From positions 1 through 27,390 of the IMG/VR virus record IMGVR_UViG_3300020044_004293: a DNA stretch of 27,390 nucleotides, one strand, 5' to 3'. Origin of the DNA: a virus (taxonomy: Duplodnaviria > Caudoviricetes). The position numbers were made by a program, and so were the translations under genes. The notes below the pieces were generated by a model that was not told the origin of the DNA, searched no databases, and saw only the letters and a program-made list of their open reading frames with translations. Shown here piece by piece: positions 1 to 8,741 of this stretch (positions are counted from its first letter, which is position 1; every line of letters begins with the position of its first letter).

Positions 1-534
1 GCGCTTGCTGCAGACAATACAATAAACATACAACAGATCGGTATGAATAATACCATCAATGTGTTACAAGATGGTTCTGGTCATACCGCTACTGTTAATC
101 TTGGCATAACAAGTAATGTAGATAACACAGCAATCTCTATCGATCAAAAAGATTCTGGTGTTAAAACTGCTAATGTAGAAATAAAGACTGGAGTAAACAA
201 TGGAATAAATATTTTACAACAGGGTGTTGGTAATCATACAGCCAGCATACAAAATTTGAATGGTAGTGGAAATAATATTTCCATAAACCAAGATGGTAAT
301 GGCAATCATCAACTTAATGTAATTGGTAGTGCTGGAACTACCAATAGTGGCAATACTATAAACGCAACTCAAAGTGGTGGCGCTGGCGCAGATAAGTGGT
401 TTCAAGTTAATTTACTTGGGGCTACTGGTGCAACAGTAAATGTCCAACAAACTAACCCGACGCAAGCAAATCAAGCGTCAATGAATATTCAATGTTCCAG
501 CAATTGTGGCTCTTGGTCATACATAAGAAATTAA
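1..534 (+). CDS. Curlin-like (CsgA/CsgB-type repeat) secreted protein, 5'-truncated
   Basis: The frame is open from base 1 (ALAADNTINIQQIGMNN...), which looks like the end of a signal peptide. It carries N/Q/G-rich repeats of the type I-x-Q-x-G-x-x-N/H-x-A-x-I/V, typical of curlin repeats. Confidence 0.65.
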   Translation, partial: ALAADNTINIQQIGMNNTINVLQDGSGHTATVNLGITSNVDNTAISIDQKDSGVKTANVEIKTGVNNGINILQQGVGNHTASIQNLNGSGNNISINQDGNGNHQLNVIGSAGTTNSGNTINATQSGGAGADKWFQVNLLGATGATVNVQQTNPTQANQASMNIQCSSNCGSWSYIRN

Positions 535-566
535 AATAACAACATCTACTTTAGTAGGGAAGAAAA

Positions 567-2546
567 ATGAAAAAAACAATAATTGCTGCCATGCTGGCAG
601 CAAGCGCAACAGCGTTCGCAAATCCAACTGATTTTAGTCTAAGCACAGGAGGTTGGTCTTCAGTTGCTGGACAAACATTAACAGGTGCTCAAACATTCCA
701 AGCTGGACAAAACGCATGGGCGATTAGTCCTTATACTGGTAGCACTATGTATAGTTTATCACCCAACAATCCAGGTGACTCATATGCCAACATGGCAACT
801 GCTTTGGGTATGAGTGCTGCAAGCGTTTCTGCTCTATCAGGAGAGATCGCTGCTCAAAACCCACAAGGTGGTGGTAACATCACTAACGCTGCATGGGTAA
901 GTAAAGATTTTACATTTACATCTGCTGCTTCATTCAAGATGTATTGGACATACACTTCAACTGACTATGTTCCATTCAACGATGGTTCTATCACTACTCT
1001 AGTGAACACAGGCGATGCAACTACTTTAGGTAAAATTAATGGAGTGACAACTCAATACTTACTATTGGGTGCAACAAATCCAGGAACAGGTAACTACTCA
1101 ACTGACTCTTATGGATCAACTGGTTGGCAAGTTGTTAACTATAATGTTCTTTCTGCTGGAACTTATAAATTAGGTTTCGGTATTTTCAATCAAGGCGATA
1201 CTGCTTTGTCTCCAGTGTTGAATGTCAATGATGGTTTGGGTACAGTTACTAAGAATGGAACTACTTTCGGTTCTGTTGCTCCAAACGATCCAACAATGCC
1301 AACAGTAGACCCAACACCACCAGCTGGTCCAACTGTTGTTAGTACAACTACTGCTGATTCAGTATCATCTTCAACAAGCAATGGCACTTCTACTATTGCT
1401 ACTTCTATTGCTTATGGCGCAACTGCCAGTGCTGTTGCTCAAGCAAACTCTAAGGGTGACCAAACTCCTAAGGTGTTGAATGTTGTTCAAACAACAACTG
1501 TTACTCAAACAACTCCATTCACTTTGACTAACACAACTACTACTCCAGTCACAACTACAACAGTGACAACTCCAGTTACTACTAAAACTTGGAGTGATGG
1601 TACTGTTACAACTGAGAATGGAACACCAGTCACAACTACTAGCACAACAAACACTGTGACTTCTGCAGATACGCTAGGACAAGAAGTTGTTGAAGTACAG
1701 GCGCAACAAAACTACACTACTCGCATTGATCAGTATGACCAAATGCAAAAACAAAACAGTAGACTAAATGCATCTCTTGATAGCGATACACTAAGCAGAT
1801 TTAAAGTTACTGAGAATGGCTTAACACAGCGCACTGAAGATGATCGTGATTGGAATTTCTACATCAATACAACTGGTTCTAAATCAAACACTGCTGACTC
1901 TTACAAATATGATGCAAACACTTATGGTCTTGGCTTCGAGAAGAAACTAGATAGCGATACTTTAGTTGGTGTTCAATATAATCGCATTAACTCATCTACT
2001 ATTGGTGAGCAAGGTGGTGGTACTCTTTCTAAAGATGCAGTTGGTATCTATGGTCTAAAGAAAATTGATAACTTCTTACTGAAGGGTGATGCTGGTTACT
2101 CAATGAACAAATATAATGCAGGACACAATCTTCCTGAACTTGGTTTAAGCAACTGGTCTAGTGCCAATGGTACAGACAAATGGCTAGCTGTTCGTGGTTA
2201 TGCTCCAGAAGAAAAAGGATTCCGTCCATACATCGGTGTTCGTGTTGAGAATAATAAACGAAATGCAACTACAGACTCTGGTTCAGATGTTTCTGCAGTT
2301 ACATACTCTGCGTTAAATTCTACAAAAACAACAGGCGAAGTTGGTGTTCGTTATGAAAAAGAACTAACTGATAAATTGGCTGGTGTTGTTGATGTAGGAA
2401 CAACTACTGCACAACTAAATACCGTTAGTGTTAGTGCTATTTACGCAGCCAAAAATAATTCTTCTATAATTGCTAAAATTACTAGACAAGAACAAAATGG
2501 TCTAGTATCTAATCAAGGAATGATAATAGGAAGAATTACTTTTTAA
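567..2546 (+). CDS. Secreted protein with Thr-rich stalk and C-terminal autotransporter-like beta-barrel
   Basis: Signal peptide MKKTIIAAMLAASATAFA, a beta-rich N-terminal domain, a Pro/Thr-rich linker, and a C-terminal region of amphipathic beta strands ending in Phe (GRITF). Confidence 0.65.
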   Translation: MKKTIIAAMLAASATAFANPTDFSLSTGGWSSVAGQTLTGAQTFQAGQNAWAISPYTGSTMYSLSPNNPGDSYANMATALGMSAASVSALSGEIAAQNPQGGGNITNAAWVSKDFTFTSAASFKMYWTYTSTDYVPFNDGSITTLVNTGDATTLGKINGVTTQYLLLGATNPGTGNYSTDSYGSTGWQVVNYNVLSAGTYKLGFGIFNQGDTALSPVLNVNDGLGTVTKNGTTFGSVAPNDPTMPTVDPTPPAGPTVVSTTTADSVSSSTSNGTSTIATSIAYGATASAVAQANSKGDQTPKVLNVVQTTTVTQTTPFTLTNTTTTPVTTTTVTTPVTTKTWSDGTVTTENGTPVTTTSTTNTVTSADTLGQEVVEVQAQQNYTTRIDQYDQMQKQNSRLNASLDSDTLSRFKVTENGLTQRTEDDRDWNFYINTTGSKSNTADSYKYDANTYGLGFEKKLDSDTLVGVQYNRINSSTIGEQGGGTLSKDAVGIYGLKKIDNFLLKGDAGYSMNKYNAGHNLPELGLSNWSSANGTDKWLAVRGYAPEEKGFRPYIGVRVENNKRNATTDSGSDVSAVTYSALNSTKTTGEVGVRYEKELTDKLAGVVDVGTTTAQLNTVSVSAIYAAKNNSSIIAKITRQEQNGLVSNQGMIIGRITF

Positions 2547-2555
2547 GGAATTGAA

Positions 2556-3341
2556 ATGACAAGACTAATAAGAAATACCTTAGCGTTTGTAATAGGTTTA
2601 ATTATCGGAGGATACGCAGCATTTTCGTATGCGAATCCTATCGATGATGTATGCCCACAACATGTAGTTTGGGGCGCACCTCAAATTAAACAAGAAGGTA
2701 ATAACCAGTACCTATGTCGTACTGGTTATGCTGTGAATTACAACTATCAGACTAAGGTTGCTTATTTTGTAGCTGAAGTTATCAAACCAGAACTGCTAGT
2801 GAATAAAGCAGTATCTCGTAAAGATGATTTTCGTGAGGATCCAGAAATTCCTGCTACATATCGTGTCACATTAAAAGATTATCAAGGTTCTGGTCTTGAT
2901 CGTGGTCATATGGCACCTGCTGCGAACTTCACTTATGACGCAAGAGTTATGAGTGAATCTTTTTTGTTGACAAACATGATGCCACAAAGTCCTGGAAACA
3001 ATCGTGGAATCTGGAAATACTTAGAGGAAATGACTCGCTTCTGGGCATCAAAGTATGGTCACTTAAATGTTATCACAGGTACAATTTTTGATGCTAACTC
3101 TCAAACAATGGGGAATGGTGTAAAGGTTCCATCATATGTTTACAAAATCGTTATTGATCCACAACAGCAAAGATCTATTGCATTCTTATTTCCAAATGTT
3201 AAATTAGATCCAAAAATGATTGAGCAGTATGTTGTCTCAATTGGTGAGATAGAAGATTATACTGGTATAAACTTCTCTCCAGCACTACCACCAAACTTAA
3301 TACATCTTGAAAAAAATAGAGGTATCTTTAAAGATTGGTAA
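2556..3341 (+). CDS. DNA/RNA non-specific endonuclease (NucA/EndoG family), exported
   Basis: DRGHMAPA active-site motif, ESFLLTNMMPQ, N-RGIW and VP-YVYK motifs, and an N-terminal signal/TM segment. Confidence 0.92.
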   Translation: MTRLIRNTLAFVIGLIIGGYAAFSYANPIDDVCPQHVVWGAPQIKQEGNNQYLCRTGYAVNYNYQTKVAYFVAEVIKPELLVNKAVSRKDDFREDPEIPATYRVTLKDYQGSGLDRGHMAPAANFTYDARVMSESFLLTNMMPQSPGNNRGIWKYLEEMTRFWASKYGHLNVITGTIFDANSQTMGNGVKVPSYVYKIVIDPQQQRSIAFLFPNVKLDPKMIEQYVVSIGEIEDYTGINFSPALPPNLIHLEKNRGIFKDW

Positions 3342-3343
3342 TA

Positions 3344-5401
3344 ATGAAAAAACTATTATCTCCATGGCTGGCGCTGGTCACACTGGTGCTAATGATTGTG
3401 ATTCGTTTGGCAGACACATCGTTTGTAGAGTCTGTGCGACTTCGTTATTTCGATCAACTAATAACAAGCAAAGGAACAACTACATCTGAACAGGTGCATG
3501 TTGTAAATATCGACGATGAGTTTATTCGACAAAAAGGACAATTCCCGTTCCCTCGTGGGCAATATGCCTCCATCATTACTGATCTGTATAGGCATGGTGC
3601 TGGGTTGGTTGTGTTTAACATTTACATGCCTGACGCTGATCGCTTTAATCAAGATGATCAGTTAACAAAAGTACTAAAGAAATACCCTGTTGTTTTACCA
3701 CATACTGCAACAGACAATTCATCACCATTCGCACCATTTCGTCCAGGTGTTTCAGTAATTGGTGGCACTGCAGAAACAACAGGAGTGAGATATAATGGCA
3801 TATTACCAAACATTCAAAGTATCAACAACAGTGCTGCTGGTATTGGTGTCGTTAACACTATCCCAGAAATCGATGGCGTTGTGCGCAGAGTGCCGATGGT
3901 CGTCAACGCAGGTGGAGAACTCTACCCAAGTATCTCCCTCGAAACCCTCAGAGTTGCCAGCGGAGATCCCAGCTTCCAAGTCAAAGTCAACGAAGGTGGA
4001 ATCGAAGCAGTTAGAATTCCAAAGTTTGGAAAAATTCCAACAGACGAATACGGTAGAATCTGGGTGGATTGGTCATCCAAACCAACCGAACACTCCATGG
4101 CTAAGTTGCCAGAGGATTTCAAAGGTGGAATTGTTATCGTCGGTCTCACTGCTAGGGGACTCAATAATCCAGTATCCACAGCACGAGGAGAAATCTATCC
4201 GCACTATTTGCAAGCCAATGTATTAGAAACAGTTTCATCTGGTACTGTTATCAGCAGACCAGAGTGGTCGTTACTGGCTGAGTTGGGTTTTATGATTGTA
4301 GCAGTAGCCCTTTCAATCTTCCTAACAAGGTATACTCATGGATACATCTTCGCAATCTTACTGGGATTCATTACCTATTATGCAGGTGTGGAACTATTTC
4401 TTCGATCAGGGTATCTATTGGATGCTGTGTTCCCGATACTTACCATTGGGTTATGCAGCTTCCATGGATACATCGTCAAGTTCCTTGTCGAACTCAGAGC
4501 AAAACTCCAAATCAAAAAACAATTCGGAAACTACCTAAGCCCAGCATTAGTTGAGAAGTTACAGAAAAATCCAGAGTTGTTGGTATTGGGTGGAGAGTCT
4601 CGTGAATTGAGTATCATGTTTACTGATGTTCGTGGATTTACTTCTATCTCTGAGCACTATGGTAAAGATGTGCAGGGACTGACTAAAATTATGAATCGTT
4701 ACATGACTGCAATGACGATAAAGATTCTTGAGAACAATGGAACCCTAGATAAATATATCGGTGATGCGCAGATGGCTTTCTGGAACGCACCAGTCGATGA
4801 ACCAAATCATGCAAAGATGGCAGTGAAGACTGCTCTCGAGATGATGGACTCTTTGGATACATTCAATGCAGAAATCACAAAAGAAGGTGTCCCACCTTTT
4901 GGTATGGGGTTAGGTATTAATACTGGTGTCGTGGTTGTTGGGAATATGGGTTCTACTCAGAGATTTGATTACACTTGTCTAGGAGATCATGTGAACTTGG
5001 CATCCAGATTAGAAGGACAGAGTAAGGGTTATGGTGTTCGAATAATTCTTGGTCCAGAAACTGCAGCACAGATTGAAGATGAGTATGCAACACTAGAACT
5101 AGATTGTATCGCTGTCAAGGGTAAAAAAGAAGGTGTGAGAATTTATACTGTTCTTGGTAAGCATGATTGGTGGATGGAGAATTCAGCATATGTACCTGAG
5201 ACAATAGCCCATGAGAAAATGCTGGATCTTTATCGTATGCAGAAGTTTGATGCAGCAATTAAAATGTGTAATGAATTGAAAGAGTGTTTCCTTGGTGAGA
5301 TGAAACACTACTATGAACTTTGGATCGAAAGATGCGAAGAAATGAAGACCGCAGACTTACCCAAAGATTGGGATGGAGTTTATAGAGCAACAAGTAAATA
5401 A
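3344..5401 (+). CDS. CHASE2-domain class III adenylate/guanylate cyclase
   Basis: N-terminal TM, CHASE2 motifs (VVNIDD, FPFPR, DGVVRRVP), three TMs, then cyclase motifs FTDVRGFT, DKYIGDA, GINTG and GDHVNLASRLE. The Lys in DKYIGD suggests ATP specificity. An alternative start lies at 3335. Confidence 0.93.
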   Translation: MKKLLSPWLALVTLVLMIVIRLADTSFVESVRLRYFDQLITSKGTTTSEQVHVVNIDDEFIRQKGQFPFPRGQYASIITDLYRHGAGLVVFNIYMPDADRFNQDDQLTKVLKKYPVVLPHTATDNSSPFAPFRPGVSVIGGTAETTGVRYNGILPNIQSINNSAAGIGVVNTIPEIDGVVRRVPMVVNAGGELYPSISLETLRVASGDPSFQVKVNEGGIEAVRIPKFGKIPTDEYGRIWVDWSSKPTEHSMAKLPEDFKGGIVIVGLTARGLNNPVSTARGEIYPHYLQANVLETVSSGTVISRPEWSLLAELGFMIVAVALSIFLTRYTHGYIFAILLGFITYYAGVELFLRSGYLLDAVFPILTIGLCSFHGYIVKFLVELRAKLQIKKQFGNYLSPALVEKLQKNPELLVLGGESRELSIMFTDVRGFTSISEHYGKDVQGLTKIMNRYMTAMTIKILENNGTLDKYIGDAQMAFWNAPVDEPNHAKMAVKTALEMMDSLDTFNAEITKEGVPPFGMGLGINTGVVVVGNMGSTQRFDYTCLGDHVNLASRLEGQSKGYGVRIILGPETAAQIEDEYATLELDCIAVKGKKEGVRIYTVLGKHDWWMENSAYVPETIAHEKMLDLYRMQKFDAAIKMCNELKECFLGEMKHYYELWIERCEEMKTADLPKDWDGVYRATSK

Positions 5402-5415
5402 AACTGGAGAATAAA

Positions 5416-5862
5416 ATGACGGAGATCATTGAAGAAAAGAAAAAAGACGAAGACTGGATGCAGAAGAAATGGCGTCCAGCCATGGGTTGGATGTATATGG
5501 TAGTTTGTTTTTGTGATATGGTTTTATTCCCAGTCGCATGGGCACTCTTGCAAGCATTACTAAAACAACCAGTGACTCAGTGGAATCCGTTGACGCTACA
5601 GGGTGCTGGATTATTCCACTTAGCAATGGGTGCTGTTCTAGGTATTGCAGCATGGGGTCGTACACAAGAGAAAGTTGCAGGAGCAGCCACTAATGCACCA
5701 ACACCATCCTTACCACCAAGCATGCCAACAACACCTAGCGTATCTACGCCAGTACCGATGGCATCCGCACCAATGCCAAGACCAGTCATGGCTCCACCAC
5801 CAGCCCCAACAATGGACTTGCTCCCAGACGATCCTCCAACAAGGAACACTAGAAACGACTAA
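5416..5862 (+). CDS. 3TM holin-like membrane protein (GTA holin 3TM family) with Pro-rich tail
   Basis: WRPAMGW motif, hydrophobic segments and LGIAAWGRTQEK. Confidence 0.7.
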   Translation: MTEIIEEKKKDEDWMQKKWRPAMGWMYMVVCFCDMVLFPVAWALLQALLKQPVTQWNPLTLQGAGLFHLAMGAVLGIAAWGRTQEKVAGAATNAPTPSLPPSMPTTPSVSTPVPMASAPMPRPVMAPPPAPTMDLLPDDPPTRNTRND

Positions 5863-5904
5863 ATATCCCCTCTAGCCTATAACCCTACTGAGTGTAGGGT
5901 CATT

Positions 5905-5944
5905 AAACCTCTGTAAGTTGTTGATTTTACAGGGGTTTTTTGTT
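5905..5944 (+). terminator. Intrinsic terminator ending the envelope module
   Basis: Stem AAACCTCTGTAA / TTACAGGGGTTT followed by a T run. Confidence 0.75.
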
Positions 5945-5956
5945 GTCAAAAAGGTG

Positions 5957-5985
5957 TTGTCTTTAATTGCATATTCCTGTATAAT
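5957..5985 (+). promoter_or_regulatory. Sigma70-type promoter
   Basis: TTGTCT-N17-TATAAT. Confidence 0.8.
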
Positions 5986-6015
5986 ATCTGTATGAAAGTT
6001 GAAAAGGAACTCGAA

Positions 6016-6399
6016 ATGCAAGAAGTCTTCAAAAGCTGGGAAGAAATGTCTCTCCTCGAGCAGTATGCGTGCCAGTACTGGGACATGTACAAGGATGCTT
6101 ATGGTGTCCGTCCTCGTGGGATTGATACATCCAGCTGGACTGAGGCTGACTTCGAAGCCGAATTCGAAGTGCTTGGTCGTGCCATCGAGCGTGAAGAAGC
6201 AGATCGCAAAGAGCGTGAAGCAGAAGCGACTGTTAAGTTCGAGCAGCATGTTACCAATACCATCTGCATGGGTGCGAAAGATCGTGCCACTGCTTTGCGT
6301 TGGATTATGGATGCCAGCAGTGCAGATGGTGACTGGGAGTATTTCTGCTATCTTAATGGTCTCCCTTATGGTTATTTTAATTTGAAGAAGGTGGCTTAA
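6016..6399 (+). CDS. Hypothetical phage protein
   Basis: AAAGGA Shine-Dalgarno before ATG 6016; an in-frame ATG at 5992 sits at the predicted +1. Contains D-YKDAYGVRPR. Confidence 0.75.
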   Translation: MQEVFKSWEEMSLLEQYACQYWDMYKDAYGVRPRGIDTSSWTEADFEAEFEVLGRAIEREEADRKEREAEATVKFEQHVTNTICMGAKDRATALRWIMDASSADGDWEYFCYLNGLPYGYFNLKKVA

Positions 6400-6400
6400 T

Positions 6401-6571
6401 ATGCAAGGATCTATTCGTGTCGCTATCGGTTTTATGGTTGTTTTTGGTGCTATGGGTACTTTGGATATCGACCCCAGTGCTAGCGTTCTTGTTCAGAGTG
6501 GTATTGCTGCTCTTGGCTTGCTTGTTATGTACTCTGGTACTCGTGCTATGAATTCAAAGGATTGGAAATGA
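6401..6571 (+). CDS. Small two-TM membrane protein (56 aa, not in the ORF track)
   Basis: MQGSIRVAIGFMVVFGAMG...; SD GAAGGTGG; fills the gap between neighbouring genes. Confidence 0.7.
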   Translation: MQGSIRVAIGFMVVFGAMGTLDIDPSASVLVQSGIAALGLLVMYSGTRAMNSKDWK

Positions 6572-6807
6572 GTAAAATGGCTGACTTGGATATGCAGATC
6601 CGTGATCTGCTTGATGAGGGTGTGCTCCCTACGAATGTTGCTAACATTCTAAAGTGTCCTCTGCAGATGGTTTATGATATCATTGATTATGATACTCAAC
6701 CTGACTTGCAAGAGTATGACGACAGCATGGATGGTGACCATGATTCTGCGATGACTTCTGCAGGATTTGGCACTGACGAAGATTATGGTTATTATGGAGA
6801 TGAGTGA
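6568..6807 (+). CDS. Acidic hypothetical protein
   Basis: ATGA overlap with the upstream ORF; acidic tail DSMDGDHDSAMTSAGFGTDEDYG. Confidence 0.7.
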   Translation: MSKMADLDMQIRDLLDEGVLPTNVANILKCPLQMVYDIIDYDTQPDLQEYDDSMDGDHDSAMTSAGFGTDEDYGYYGDE

Positions 6808-7040
6808 TGACTTACAAAGAAGCGCAATTGGCTACTGAACACTTTAACAAAGAGCATGGTTCTTTCTTCGATCGTGGTTCAGCTGATAGTTACTACCATC
6901 GCCCACGCAATCCACATCGTGGTGGTGTAGGTGGAATGTCTGGTCCACGCATCGAAGCGGAGACTGAAGCAGAGTTTGAAGCATACCACGCAGGGTATGA
7001 CTACAATGAAGAATTTGGTGATAAGAAAAGTTGGGATTAA
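6804..7040 (+). CDS. Hypothetical phage protein
   Basis: ATGA overlap; motifs FDRGSADSYY and AYHAGYDYNE. Confidence 0.7.
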   Translation: MMTYKEAQLATEHFNKEHGSFFDRGSADSYYHRPRNPHRGGVGGMSGPRIEAETEAEFEAYHAGYDYNEEFGDKKSWD

Positions 7041-7041
7041 T

Positions 7042-7344
7042 ATGAATAAATTTGCAGCAATGAAACAAAAGAATGCGATTGATAGCGAGATTCTTTTGAT
7101 TACGCAAGAAGAATGCGCTGAAGTTACGCAAGCGATAAGTAAGGTGTTCAGGTTCGGTATGGACGATGAACACAAAGGACAAACTAATCGAGAGCACCTA
7201 GAAGAAGAAATTGGTGACTTGATGTGTATGATTGATTTGCTGATTGATAATGGTATCGTCAGTGAATCTGCAGTGATGACTGCCAAAGCTGAGAAGCTGA
7301 ATAAGTTGATGACATGGTCTGGAATCTTCAAGGAAGAAGTATGA
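7042..7344 (+). CDS. MazG-like NTP pyrophosphohydrolase
   Basis: EECAE...EEEIGD helical acidic motifs. Confidence 0.75.
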   Translation: MNKFAAMKQKNAIDSEILLITQEECAEVTQAISKVFRFGMDDEHKGQTNREHLEEEIGDLMCMIDLLIDNGIVSESAVMTAKAEKLNKLMTWSGIFKEEV

Positions 7345-7565
7345 GTGTGACAATCGAAGGTGTTAACAAGAGACAGAAACGACTCTTGAACATTATGTGG
7401 AACATCGACTCTTCAGAAGATTACGAAGAGTGGAAGAGTGGACTGTCCGAAGAATTAATGAATGAGGTTGACACATTGGAGACTCTGCTAATGTATGAAT
7501 CAATCGAGGAAGAATTGCAATCGTTTGAAGATGCAAAAAATGTATTAAGTAAATTTGCCTTGTAA
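7341..7565 (+). CDS. Hypothetical protein
   Basis: ATGA overlap; SD AAGGA. Confidence 0.65.
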   Translation: MSVTIEGVNKRQKRLLNIMWNIDSSEDYEEWKSGLSEELMNEVDTLETLLMYESIEEELQSFEDAKNVLSKFAL

Positions 7566-7583
7566 GAGGATATCGTGTATAAT
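7555..7583 (+). promoter_or_regulatory. Sigma70-type promoter
   Basis: TTGCCT-N17-TATAAT. Confidence 0.7.
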
Positions 7584-7589
7584 AAGACA

Positions 7590-7712
7590 ATGAAACCTAG
7601 AAATCCAATAGCAAAGGATTTGCGCACTCCCAAATACCGACAGCGTAGGGTGGAGAGCAAGGTTCAGTACATTCGTCAACCTAAACACAGAAAGGCAAAT
7701 GATGGAATATGA
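7590..7712 (+). CDS. Small basic peptide, possibly ArfA-like (40 aa, leaderless; not in the ORF track)
   Basis: MKPRNPIAKDLRTPKYRQRRVESKVQYIRQPKHRKANDGI; the ATG follows TATAAT after a 6-nt gap. Confidence 0.6.
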   Translation: MKPRNPIAKDLRTPKYRQRRVESKVQYIRQPKHRKANDGI

Positions 7713-7968
7713 ATGGGAATTATACCGAGAAGGTCTGTTGAGGACAGTCAAGGTAAAGCAACATATTCTCAAAAAAGAGAATGGTGATTTGATTTATGAT
7801 ATGATTGAGTTTACCATGATGAGCAACTTAACAAATGAAAATGGTAAGTTAATCACTAGTAGCAACAATACATTTTTCCTAACAAGACAAGAATTTAATT
7901 CTTTCTTTGGACCAATAGTTGATAAGTTGAAAGAGGAAATAGATAATGGCGTTTCAAACAGTATTTAA
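7699..7968 (+). CDS. Hypothetical protein
   Basis: ORF in operon context; SD AAAGG. Confidence 0.6.
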   Translation: MMEYEWELYREGLLRTVKVKQHILKKENGDLIYDMIEFTMMSNLTNENGKLITSSNNTFFLTRQEFNSFFGPIVDKLKEEIDNGVSNSI

Positions 7969-8254
7969 GAATGAAAAAGAGTTCGAAGAATTTAAAACCT
8001 GGACACTTGGAGTTCTCCACGATGACAACATCAAAGACTTGTGCGTTACTTTCACCAAAAAAGATGGAACGACTAGAGACATGCAGTGCACTCTCGTTGA
8101 GGGAAGAATACCTGCAGACAAGAAACCAACACAAGAAAGTGGCACTGCAAGTAGCCAGACTTCTGGATCCGCAGTTCGGGTCTTTGATACAGAAAAAAAT
8201 GAATGGAGATCCTTTCGTTGGGACTCCGTAACTAAAGTAGGATTTACACTATGA
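7946..8254 (+). CDS. SH3/Sm-like WYL_2 (DUF2693-type) protein
   Basis: VTFTKKDGT-R-M-CTL and VFDTEKNEWRSFR motifs. Confidence 0.7.
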   Translation: MAFQTVFKNEKEFEEFKTWTLGVLHDDNIKDLCVTFTKKDGTTRDMQCTLVEGRIPADKKPTQESGTASSQTSGSAVRVFDTEKNEWRSFRWDSVTKVGFTL

Positions 8255-8433
8255 AATATCTAATTATCTTCGCAATCGTTATTGCACTAATCGTTCTTAT
8301 GCCAATGGCGACAATCTGGTCGCTGAATGCTCTGTTCCCAGCATTGGCAATTCCATTCACAGTAGACACTTGGTTGGCTGCAATCATCCTTGGTGGTGTT
8401 GTTGGTGGTGGACACTTTAGGAGCAGCAAATGA
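8251..8433 (+). CDS. Small membrane protein
   Basis: Two hydrophobic segments; ATGA overlap. Confidence 0.65.
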   Translation: MKYLIIFAIVIALIVLMPMATIWSLNALFPALAIPFTVDTWLAAIILGGVVGGGHFRSSK

Positions 8434-8684
8434 ATTATGCACTGACACCTGAACAGAAAAAAGATTTGCAAGGTGCTATTCAAGAGATTAGCAACTCAAT
8501 GTTACGCACAGAAGCAGAACGAGATCTGATTAAAGAGATCGTTAAAGAGCAGTCTGATACACTCCAGATTCCAAAGAAAGTTATTTCTAAAATTGCAAAA
8601 ACTTTCCATAAACAGAATCTAGCGCAGGAAGTTGCAGACCACGAGGACTTCGTGGAGCTATACGAGAAAATCACTGCAAAATAA
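8430..8684 (+). CDS. dsbA: T4-like double-stranded DNA-binding protein DsbA
   Basis: Size, helical pattern (AIQEIS...IKEI...KIAKTFHKQN...FVELYE) and position upstream of rnh, as in T4-like phages. Confidence 0.7.
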   Translation: MNYALTPEQKKDLQGAIQEISNSMLRTEAERDLIKEIVKEQSDTLQIPKKVISKIAKTFHKQNLAQEVADHEDFVELYEKITAK

Positions 8685-8687
8685 TGC

Positions 8688-8716
8688 TTGTCTTTAATTG
8701 CGCTTTGGGGTATAAT
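8688..8716 (+). promoter_or_regulatory. Sigma70-type promoter
   Basis: TTGTCT-N17-TATAAT; shares TTGTCTTTAATTGC with the promoter at 5957. Confidence 0.8.
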
Positions 8717-8741
8717 ATATGTATAAATTATGGAGAAATCA

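Noticed and set aside
1340-1680. Repeat-like ACA/ACT tract as a CRISPR array or tandem DNA repeat
   Set aside because: It is low-complexity Thr-rich coding sequence with no fixed repeat-spacer period.
8722-8729. T4 late promoter
   Set aside because: The sequence is TATAAATT rather than TATAAATA, and it sits just downstream of a good sigma70 promoter.
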